Shown here: piece after piece, positions 16,334 to 23,412 of the stretch
Layout: each line of letters begins with the position of its first letter
Numbering within the stretch: position 1 is the first letter of the stretch
NCBI GenBank assembly: GCA_964534375.1
Contig: CAZHPN010000041.1
Location: 13,421-36,832 of the forward strand
Direction of reading: 5' to 3'
DNA: 23,412 nt
Source: an uncultured bacterium
GTDB taxonomy: Bacteria > Lernaellota > Lernaellaia > Lernaellales > Lernaellaceae
The notes under the pieces: model-generated
Told to the model about the DNA's origin: nothing
Database searches by the model: none
The model's input: only the letters and a program-made list of their open reading frames with translations
Made by a program: the position numbers and the translations under genes

Positions 16334-17533
16334 TCACGAAAACGAAAGCAAGCGGTCAATGTCGCCGGTCAATTCGGCGTATTGAAACGCAAGCGGATTC
16401 TCCGCGTCGCTCACTTTGAAAATGTCTCCCGGGCGAAATCCCGCATCCGCGAGCGTTTTTTCGACGCACAGCGAGCGACGGTTGATCAGCGCGCTGAATT
16501 CCGTGCCAGCCAGACGCAGCCCACATTTCGGACAAGACGCTCTCTTGCAATCCTTCCTGGCGAACACGAGCAACGGCAGACCAATGGCATAGTCCTCACC
16601 GCAGTTCTCACAGCGGGCCGTATGCAACAAATCGTAGAACAACTCGATTTGCGGATTCGCGAACGAATCAGCTAAAATGTCCAACAAGCCGCCGACGGTC
16701 GTACGATCTGCGGACACGTCAACCAACTCGACGACTTCAGTGATCGGGTACTCGGGGTGAACACTACAGTTCGGATTTCTCTTGATGGGGCGGGCGACAA
16801 ATCGTGGACTCCCGGTTTCGATAAATTGAATCACTCCCGGTTGCGGCGGCAAGCGGTCGTTTTTCACGAGATAGCGCAGCCCTTCTGTCATTTGAAGGCC
16901 GGCGATGATTGAGGCCATCATCGGTGTGGATGGGATGAACCCGGCCTCGGCGGCGCCGTGCTCGGAGATCGCACACGACCAGCGATTCAGTTGGGCGTTG
17001 AGATCGTAGTATTCCGCCCGCGCTTTTTTGGATTTGTTGCACTCGTAGCAAGGGCCGTCGGCTGAAGGTTGATAACTGGCAATCTGTCCGTTCAGTTCGA
17101 TGTTGGCGTTCATTCCGCCGTCCACCCATGGAGTACCGATGTGCTGAAGAACATGATTGAGATGGAAGCGCGGCAAATAACCATCGAAACAGCAGAAGAC
17201 CAAATCGCAACGGCGAAACGCCCCCATTCCCAACGTCATGATGTCGGCGGCGTAAGTGGCGACTCTCGTTTCCGAGTTTAGTTGCCGAAGTTTTTGCGCC
17301 GCGACCTCCACCTTGAGTTTGCCCACGTCGTCGCTTCGAAACAGCACTGAACGCGTCAGATTGGACGCCTCAACGGTGTCCCTGTCGACAAGAAACGCGC
17401 GGCCGATCCCGATCAGACCGAGCAATTTTACGATCTCATTCCCGATTGCGCCCACGCCCGCAACCATCACGGTCGCGTCGCGGATTTTCTGGCGGTCCCA
17501 CCAATGAATGGCGTCTAAACGAGAGTAATCCAT
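16334..17533 (-). CDS. ThiF/E1-like Ubl-activating enzyme with C-terminal Zn-ribbon/ubiquitin-fold extension
   Basis: DYSRL; GVGAIG nucleotide motif; DRDTVEASNLTRS; Zn site CYEC...CSVH; candidate catalytic WSC (Cys187); extra CENC...CPKC and KTLADAGFRPGDIFKV. Confidence 0.93.
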   Translation of the reverse strand: MDYSRLDAIHWWDRQKIRDATVMVAGVGAIGNEIVKLLGLIGIGRAFLVDRDTVEASNLTRSVLFRSDDVGKLKVEVAAQKLRQLNSETRVATYAADIMTLGMGAFRRCDLVFCCFDGYLPRFHLNHVLQHIGTPWVDGGMNANIELNGQIASYQPSADGPCYECNKSKKARAEYYDLNAQLNRWSCAISEHGAAEAGFIPSTPMMASIIAGLQMTEGLRYLVKNDRLPPQPGVIQFIETGSPRFVARPIKRNPNCSVHPEYPITEVVELVDVSADRTTVGGLLDILADSFANPQIELFYDLLHTARCENCGEDYAIGLPLLVFARKDCKRASCPKCGLRLAGTEFSALINRRSLCVEKTLADAGFRPGDIFKVSDAENPLAFQYAELTGDIDRLLSFS

Positions 17534-17624
17534 CGGATGCCCCCGCTGTTCTGCGGCTGCCCTCAGTGAAATTTTCTAGTTGCCGAACCCAAAGCCAGAA
17601 CCCAAAAACCGTGATTGAGGAAAC

Positions 17625-17653
17625 TTTTTAACTAACTGTGTGTTCTCTGTCAA
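17625..17653 (-). promoter_or_regulatory. Putative sigma70 promoter of the ubiquitin-like operon
   Basis: TTGACA (17653-17648), 17-nt spacer, TAAAAA (17630-17625), about 90 nt upstream of the E1 ATG. Confidence 0.5.
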
Positions 17654-17929
17654 GCTGCCCGTTCCGACGCCGACGATCCCAAGATTTTTTCAGCAACTTG
17701 TTATCTGATTGAAATGGCGACGGAAAACGCCAACCAATCGAAATGCGTCAACGATTGTGAAACGCCTCGCTCGAATGATCAGCGTCGTTGTTGTCTGCGA
17801 GAAGTTTCAACAGCAACGTCCGCGGACTCAAAGGCGGCCTTCGGCCCCAACAACCTGAGACGTGCGACGGATACCACTCCACGTTAAGCCGCGGAACGCG
17901 CAGATGAGGGATTCTCCACACAATAGATC

Positions 17930-18173
17930 CTGCTCGGCGGTTTCAGCCAGGCGTCCAGGCATCCAGAAGACGGCGTTTTTCACGCGGTCAATCGTGGCCT
18001 TTGTAATATGGACAATATGGCGCTCTTTGACGGCCGTGGGCGGCTTCTCCGGCGCTTTGAACGTCCCCCACCGGCTCCTGGCCCCGCCGGCTTGCCTTGG
18101 CGGCGGCGGGCGTCTTGGCGTCCGGGAGGAGGGCGTCCAGAGGATTCTCCCCGATTGTGCTTTTTCTCGTCAT
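17930..18173 (-). pseudogene. Probable frameshifted small partition-associated (RHH-like) protein
   Basis: N-terminus MTRKSTIGENPLDALL resembles ParA-partner tails. Another frame continues KERHIVHITKATIDRVKNAVFWMPG after a G run near 18065-18069. It lies downstream of the parA fragment. Confidence 0.4.
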
Positions 18174-18415
18174 GGCTTGACCTTCTGGTTTTTTGAGGCG
18201 GGCTTTACTTTTTCTTCAAGCGTTTTCATCGCATTTTCGATCGTTCTCACTGTTCCCACTCCCACGAAAAGAACAGCGGCAGTCAAAAGTAAAATGGCCC
18301 CGATAACCTGCTCGTTCTGAGCCCCGTCCCCTAAGAGAAGACGTTTAACTCCCTCCACGGTGGCAAGACTAGATAAGAACATAAACCAAAACACAAAAGA
18401 GCGAAGTTTCGTCAT
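18170..18415 (-). CDS. Small hypothetical 2-TM protein
   Basis: 81 aa; GGAGG RBS; ATGA overlaps at both ends; two hydrophobic stretches. Confidence 0.6.
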   Translation of the reverse strand: MTKLRSFVFWFMFLSSLATVEGVKRLLLGDGAQNEQVIGAILLLTAAVLFVGVGTVRTIENAMKTLEEKVKPASKNQKVKP

Positions 18416-18565
18416 GGTTTGACCTCCTGCTTGATTACTTCGAGGGCCAGGGCGTGATAATCCTCCGCTCCGGCGGCCGTGGGCTCGTAAATGGTTACCG
18501 GAAGCCCGAAGGACGGCGCTTCCGCAAGACGGACGTTTTCCCGGATGACGGTCCGGAAGCAGAGG
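18412..18565 (-). pseudogene. parA: ParA/Soj family ATPase, C-terminal fragment only
   Basis: FRTVIRENVRLAEAPSFGLPVTIYEPTAAGAEDYHALALEV is the canonical Soj/ParA C-terminus; there is no Walker A region. Confidence 0.85.
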
Positions 18566-18899
18566 CTCGCCTTGTCGATCAGCTTGCCGATGTCCGGCTG
18601 CTTGGCCTGGCTTGCAGGAAGGGCCAGCGGGCCTCCTTTTGCACCCAGAAGACGTTCTCGGCGCGGTATTCGTCGGGGTCTTCGGCGTCGGCGTGCGGCT
18701 CGGTCTTCAACGCCTCGTGGCGCTCCTGGAAGGCGTCGGAGATGTACTTGAGGAAGATCAGCCCCGGCACGACGTGCTTGTACTCGGCGGCGTCCATATT
18801 GTTCCGCATCTTGTCGGCCGCCGCCCACAGCGTGGCCTTGAAGCCGAGACTGGCCCCGCCGTTCTTCTTGCCGCCGTTGGTCTTCTTCGCCCGAGCCAT
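18566..18899 (-). pseudogene. hsdM: Type I R-M methyltransferase subunit, N-terminal fragment, frameshifted and truncated
   Basis: LWAAADKMRNNMDAAEYKHVVPGLIFLKYISDAF...EDPDEYRAENVFWV..EARW, then a frameshift to AKQPDIGKLIDKA, then an abrupt switch to parA sequence. Confidence 0.88.
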
Positions 18900-19168
18900 G
18901 AGGTTCACGCCCCTATACGCGACGGTTCATCGCGTACTTTCGCCGATTTTTGTGACAGCCGGGGTAACATACCCGATGAAAAATCACGGTTGCAATGCCC
19001 TCTTCATGAAACGATTAGGCCGGGAAGGCAAGGCGGGTGCGGGCTCGTGCTGGCGCAAATCAACACCTTCTCGACAGCGGGACGAACGCCGGCCCGCGCC
19101 CTGAAAGACGGAAGGCGGCCTCCCAGCACGTCAGGAGGGCGGTCGCCGGCCCCGACGATGCAGGCGCC

Positions 19169-19194
19169 AGCCACTTCGGATAGCCACTTCGGAT
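19169..19194. repeat. 13-bp tandem duplication AGCCACTTCGGAT x2
   Basis: Seen directly. Confidence 0.8.
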
Positions 19195-20187
19195 ACGCCC
19201 AATTTGGAAACGCCGGAGCGCCCGACAACGCGCGATTTTTTGCTTCTGTAAGCGCCTTCCCGACACGACGCCCGGCACGACACGGCCTTGGCTAACTCGG
19301 GGCGCGCCTCGGCGCTGGCAGGTTCGGGATGACGGGCCGGGCGTCTAACGGAGCCACGCAGAACCGAGCAGACGGTCTCCACGCGATGACATTGAATCTC
19401 TTTCCGTCTCTGTGGCGCCTCCGTGTGAGGTCCGGGTTCGACATCATCCGTGTGAACCTCCTTTTCGCTGTCCGGGCCCTGAGGCCGCGGCGACCGTGGC
19501 CTTGCGGCAGCAATTCTTGGTTTCACGGAACGCTGCCACGCACCGCGCTCACATCTTAAATGAGATTAAATCACAGTATGTTCAGCCTCTTTTTTCTGTT
19601 TGGTTTCTCACTTTGTTTCAGCATCGTAAATTTATCGAACCCAACTGAACGACCAGTCGATTCCATGGTCAAAAAGTTCGATATTCGTACTGCATCCGTT
19701 TCGTTTCGGTCGCTTTGCGTTCGATTCCGAGCGAAAATGAATTACTCGATAAAAAGAGATTTTGTGGCTTTTCAAGCCTGGTGCATTCGCGGTTGATCGC
19801 GCCACCGTTCATCGCACAATCCGCAATCTTCCGTCCAACAACCAACCGAATTGGTGAATAACGATTGAGAAAACGGCCGCCAAAGTCCACCGTTCTACAA
19901 ATCTCTACACTTCCAGAAATACAAAAATAACTTTTGCACGCCGGCGCGTCATGTCGTTCGATGAACCAGCAGGCAAATTCGTCGCGGCCATGGCTGCCCG
20001 GATTTGCGCCTTGATGATTCATCGGCGGCCAGCGTTGTTGCGAGAGAATATCAACAACCGACGTTGCGGCGCTGTGACTGGGCATCGGCTGACCTCGTTG
20101 CGTTCATGCGACGCAATCGCAGCAGTTCACGTTCTCATCCGCGCAAATGCCTGAAACGGTCGCAGCTTTTCCCGCTTATTTTTTACT

Positions 20188-20217
20188 TTTTCCCGCCTTT
20201 TCCCGCCTTTTCCCGCC
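20188..20217. repeat. 10-bp tandem repeat TTTTCCCGCC x3 (partial copy at 20167-20175)
   Basis: Seen directly, in intergenic DNA. Confidence 0.85.
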
Positions 20218-20463
20218 TTTTCTCACTTTGTCACGCTTGGCGGCCAATAATCGCAAAAGAGGGTTATTACCAGTTTGATATCTGATCTCACTATTGTTCT
20301 AAGCGTATGAATACAAGATGTATTTATCTTGCTTTGTAAATTGCATTTAGTAAATAGTTACAGCAAAAAAATGATTATTGTTATTTCCTCTAAAAAATTA
20401 TCTGACCATATATTTTCGTAATTAGTGCATCTCGATCCGAACTTGCGCGCAAGAACAATGTCC

Positions 20464-20493
20464 AAATACAAGGGGCGGGCCGAAGCCCGCCCC
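20464..20493 (-). terminator. Intrinsic terminator of the respiratory operon
   Basis: Minus strand GGGGCGGGC-TTCG-GCCCGCCCC (9-bp stem, cUUCGg loop) followed by TTGTATTT, about 25 nt after the stop at 20518. Confidence 0.85.
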
Positions 20494-20517
20494 CCATGGT
20501 CCCACGTTGCGCAGGCG

Positions 20518-21771
20518 TCAGTGATCCACGTCCGGGAAGTCGGGCAAGCGGTACAGCACCGGCATGCGGTTGACGATCCATTTGAAGACGCAGACGCCGA
20601 TGGTGGCGAGGGTCAGCGAGCCCATGATTTCCATCCAGCTCGGGAAGTAGCGGACGGGCGCGTTCCAGTTGAGGCCGACCATCACGACGTTGAAGCGGTT
20701 GATCATCACGCCGAGCACCGCAACGATGCTGCCGGCGCGCGCGAGGCCCGCATTGTTCCCGCGGACCGCGTAGGCGTACAGGAACATCGGCAGCACGACG
20801 CCGAAGCCGATCTCGAACCATTTCCACCAGCCATAGCCGGTGTGCATCAGGGTGTTCATCGTGAAGTCGCCGTGCGCGAGGCCGCGCGCCAGTGACAACG
20901 TCATCAGCGCGAAGTAAGCGAAGAGGCAGAACGCCGCCGCCTTGGCGAGGCCGATCGTCAGGTCGTTCATGTGCGCTTCGCTGTGCTCCTGCCCTTTCAG
21001 TTGGTAGCCGAACACGTTGTGCGAGATCATGCTCTCGATGATCAGCATCGCGATGCCGCCGTAGAGGCACGAGACGAAGAACAGGTAGGGGATGAACGTC
21101 GAATACCACAGCGGGTGCAGCCGCGTCGGCATCAACAGGAACATCGCGCCGAGCGCCGATTGGTGGCCCATCACCAGCACCGAGCCGAGGATGACTGCGC
21201 CGATGTGGATCTTGTCCAGCCAGGCGCGGATCTTCTTCAGATTGAGCCATTCCACGACGGCGGGCAGAAACTCGATGAACTGGATCATCAGGTAGAGGCA
21301 CAAGTGTTCGGCGACCAGGAACAGCACCGACGCCGTGCCGAAATAGTAGAACGGCAGCGGCAGCGCCCAATAGCGGCCGAGGTCGATGGCCAGGCCCATG
21401 ATCGCGAAGAAGTAGCCGAGGAAGCCGGTGAGGATCGCCGGCCGCACCATCGGCTTATAATCCTTGCGGCCGAACAGATAGACGCCGACGACCATCACGA
21501 AGCCGCCGGTCGCGACGGCGACGCCGAAAAACATGTCGAAGCCGAGCCAGAGGCCCCAGGGGTTGATGTCCGACAAATGGGTCGAGGCGCCGAGGCCCTT
21601 CCAGAAGCGGTAGGCCATGACCGGCAGGCCGACGGCGAGAATCATCGCGGCGATGACGTTGAACGGCGTCACGAGGCTGCGCACGTATTCGCCGACGGTT
21701 TTGCCCATGAGAATCTTGTCGCGGAACCAGGAGGTCTTCTCGTCGACGGCGGTAATTGCTTGTCCGTTCAT
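20518..21771 (-). CDS. NrfD/PsrC-family membrane subunit (HybB/HmcC-like)
   Basis: About 10 TM helices; PWGLWLGFD, RPAILTGFLGY, DLGR, HQSALG...KLHPLW-like (TRLHPLW), YFPSWME. Confidence 0.92.
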   Translation of the reverse strand: MNGQAITAVDEKTSWFRDKILMGKTVGEYVRSLVTPFNVIAAMILAVGLPVMAYRFWKGLGASTHLSDINPWGLWLGFDMFFGVAVATGGFVMVVGVYLFGRKDYKPMVRPAILTGFLGYFFAIMGLAIDLGRYWALPLPFYYFGTASVLFLVAEHLCLYLMIQFIEFLPAVVEWLNLKKIRAWLDKIHIGAVILGSVLVMGHQSALGAMFLLMPTRLHPLWYSTFIPYLFFVSCLYGGIAMLIIESMISHNVFGYQLKGQEHSEAHMNDLTIGLAKAAAFCLFAYFALMTLSLARGLAHGDFTMNTLMHTGYGWWKWFEIGFGVVLPMFLYAYAVRGNNAGLARAGSIVAVLGVMINRFNVVMVGLNWNAPVRYFPSWMEIMGSLTLATIGVCVFKWIVNRMPVLYRLPDFPDVDH

Positions 21772-22685
21772 TTGTGCGCCTCCTCATCTTTCGAGGCTTT
21801 GCCAATGCCGCGGGTGATCACGTAGAAGCCGGCCAGCAGGACCGGCAAGCCGACGTGCAGCACCGGGATCGTCGCCAGGTAGCCGTAGGTCAGACGCGGC
21901 AGAGCTTCGATGCCGACTTCCGTGTGGAAGGCGAGCTTGTCGAACGGCACTTTGGAAATGTACATCCAGCACGTGCCGCCGACTTCTTTTTCGCCGAAAA
22001 TGTGATCGACGTAGCCGGAGTTTTCCGCATCGAGGCGGCGGCGGGCGATCTTCAGCAGGTCGTCGCGTTTGCCGAAGATCAACGCTTCTTGCGGGCAGGT
22101 CTCCACGCAGGCCGGGATGCCGCCGGCTTTGACGCGGTCGTAACACATCGTGCACTTGCGCACACGCGGCGTGAACGCATCCTGGTATTCGTAGGTCGGC
22201 ACGTAGAACGGGCACGCCTGCATGCAGTAACGGCAGCCGATGCAATGGTCCGACGCGTAAACCACAGGGCCTTCCGGCGTCTTGGTGAACGCTTTGGCGA
22301 GGCAGGCGGCGAAGCAGGCCGGCTCGTCGCAGTGCATGCACTGCTGTTTGACGAAGGTCTCGGCCCGTCCCGTTTCGGCTTTGGCGAATTTGTTGACGAC
22401 GGTGAAGTGGGCGTGGTCCATCCGGCGCTTCGTGTCGAGCACCTTCAGGTTCTCGAAGGCCTGCGCCTTGTCGACCGGCTTCGGCAGGTTGTTCGCCACG
22501 TTGCAGGCGCCTTCGCAACTGCGGCAGCCGATGCACAGGCTGGTGTCGCAAAGCACGCCGTACCGATCGGGGTTGCCGGTGAAATCGTGCGCCTCGGCGC
22601 GCGTCGGCGCGCCCGCCGCCACGGCGGCGCCGGCGGCGCCCGCGCCGGCCATGAGCTTGAGAAATTCTCTACGACTGACGGCCAT
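21768..22685 (-). CDS. Tat-exported 4Fe-4S protein (HybA/HmcB-like)
   Basis: SRREFLK Tat motif; CIGCRSCEGAC, CMHCDEPACFAAC, CIGCRYCMQACP, KCTMC...PACVETCP; C-terminal TM. Confidence 0.93.
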   Translation of the reverse strand: MAVSRREFLKLMAGAGAAGAAVAAGAPTRAEAHDFTGNPDRYGVLCDTSLCIGCRSCEGACNVANNLPKPVDKAQAFENLKVLDTKRRMDHAHFTVVNKFAKAETGRAETFVKQQCMHCDEPACFAACLAKAFTKTPEGPVVYASDHCIGCRYCMQACPFYVPTYEYQDAFTPRVRKCTMCYDRVKAGGIPACVETCPQEALIFGKRDDLLKIARRRLDAENSGYVDHIFGEKEVGGTCWMYISKVPFDKLAFHTEVGIEALPRLTYGYLATIPVLHVGLPVLLAGFYVITRGIGKASKDEEAHK

Positions 22686-22688
22686 GGC

Positions 22689-23186
22689 TTATTGCTCCGT
22701 TTTTTTGGGGGTTGCGTTGGTCGTGGGTTGCGCGCCTTTTTTGTCCGCCGCGGGCTGTTTGAGTTTCTCGTGGCAGTCGGTGCAGCCGGTCGGCCCGCTG
22801 CCCGAGGTCTTGTGGCAGTTCATGCACTGTTGATGATACGCCGCTTTCAAGCCGGGCAGGCGATCTTTCGCTGTTTTTATCGGCTTGCCCGAGTGGCACT
22901 GGCTGCACGGGAAATATTCGCCCGGCTGACTGTGATGATGGCAGACCGCGCAGTCGCCGGCATAACCGGTGTGCGCTTTGTGCGTGAATTCCACCGGGCC
23001 GTAGAGTTTCTTCAGACTGTCGAGGGTGGCTGTCTCCGGCGCCATGTCGTTGGCGGCGGCGGCGGCCGGGGCCGGGGTTTTCTTGACCTCCTTGTTTTCG
23101 GCGTAGGCGACGACGGCCGCCGTCAGCAACGAAAACAACAGGAGGAAAAGAACGGGAGCCGCAGTGTGGCGAAATCCGGGTCTCAT
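22689..23186 (-). CDS. Tetraheme class III cytochrome c (c3-type)
   Basis: Signal peptide; VEFTHKAH; four CxxCH motifs (CAVCH, CSQCH, CMNCH, CTDCH). Confidence 0.93.
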   Translation of the reverse strand: MRPGFRHTAAPVLFLLLFSLLTAAVVAYAENKEVKKTPAPAAAAANDMAPETATLDSLKKLYGPVEFTHKAHTGYAGDCAVCHHHSQPGEYFPCSQCHSGKPIKTAKDRLPGLKAAYHQQCMNCHKTSGSGPTGCTDCHEKLKQPAADKKGAQPTTNATPKKTEQ

Positions 23187-23268
23187 GCATTCTCCTCTCG
23201 GGTCGGTTAAGCCGAAATTGCGCCGGGCCCACCCGCCGCAATCGTCGGCCTTTTTTACAAGGAGCGCG

Positions 23269-23412
23269 TCATTCGTTCGTCAGGAAAAAATCCCTGGCGA
23301 TTTCGTCCCAGTGCGCGGGGTCGATGTTCTTCGCCATGCCGCTGACGGGCGAACCGCCATCGGCCGCGACCATGCCGAGTTGGCCGCCGGCGCGCGAGTA
23401 GAGCGCGTCGAT
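23269..23412 (-). CDS. 3' end of an unidentified upstream gene (partial)
   Basis: Open frame IDALYSRAGGQLGMVAADGGSPVSGMAKNIDPAHWDEIARDFFLTNE* with GC-rich third positions. Confidence 0.5.
   Translation of the reverse strand: MDALYSRAGGQLGMVAADGGSPVSGMAKNIDPAHWDEIARDFFLTNE

Noticed and set aside
16334..17533. Housekeeping ThiF/MoeB for thiamine or molybdopterin synthesis
   Set aside because: There are no thi/moa genes and no rhodanese domain; the neighbours are E2, JAB and Ubl
12751..17533. CBASS/Pycsar Cap2-Cap3
   Set aside because: No cyclase is present in the window, and E1 and E2 are separate genes rather than an E2-E1 fusion
19004..20285. Short ORFs in the intergenic region
   Set aside because: No motifs, weak or absent RBS, atypical composition and mutual overlaps
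20390..23241. Long overlapping ORFs (484-aa +, 326-aa -, 190-aa - and others)
   Set aside because: They are high-GC shadow frames of the respiratory genes

Overview
GC-rich bacterial window, almost all coding on the minus strand. The centrepiece is a tightly coupled minus-strand operon running from 17533 off the left edge. It encodes a eukaryote-like, largely membrane-anchored ubiquitin-type pathway. In order: ThiF/E1 with a C-terminal ubiquitin-fold-like domain; a multi-TM protein ending in a one-zinc RING/SP-RING-like motif (candidate E3); a Ubl-E2 fusion; a membrane-anchored JAB/JAMM protease; a multi-TM degenerate FHA protein; a VWA-TM protein ending in a second Ubl; two paralogous exported proteins; a TM protein; and a >1120-aa caspase(C14)-TPR-Pro-repeat protein that the ORF track misses because it has no stop in the window. 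A 3396-bp IS1595-family element interrupts the operon (4295-7690; perfect 25-bp TIRs; 8-bp TSD AATTTTTG). It carries an EcoRI-family adenine methyltransferase and a DUF262-HNH nuclease, and has outward-facing promoter motifs. Upstream of the operon are decayed mobile-element remnants (an hsdM fragment joined to a parA fragment). The right end holds an ordinary Hmc/Hyb-type respiratory module (tetraheme cytochrome c3, Tat Fe-S protein, NrfD-family membrane protein). All domain calls come from motifs read by eye; no searches were run.
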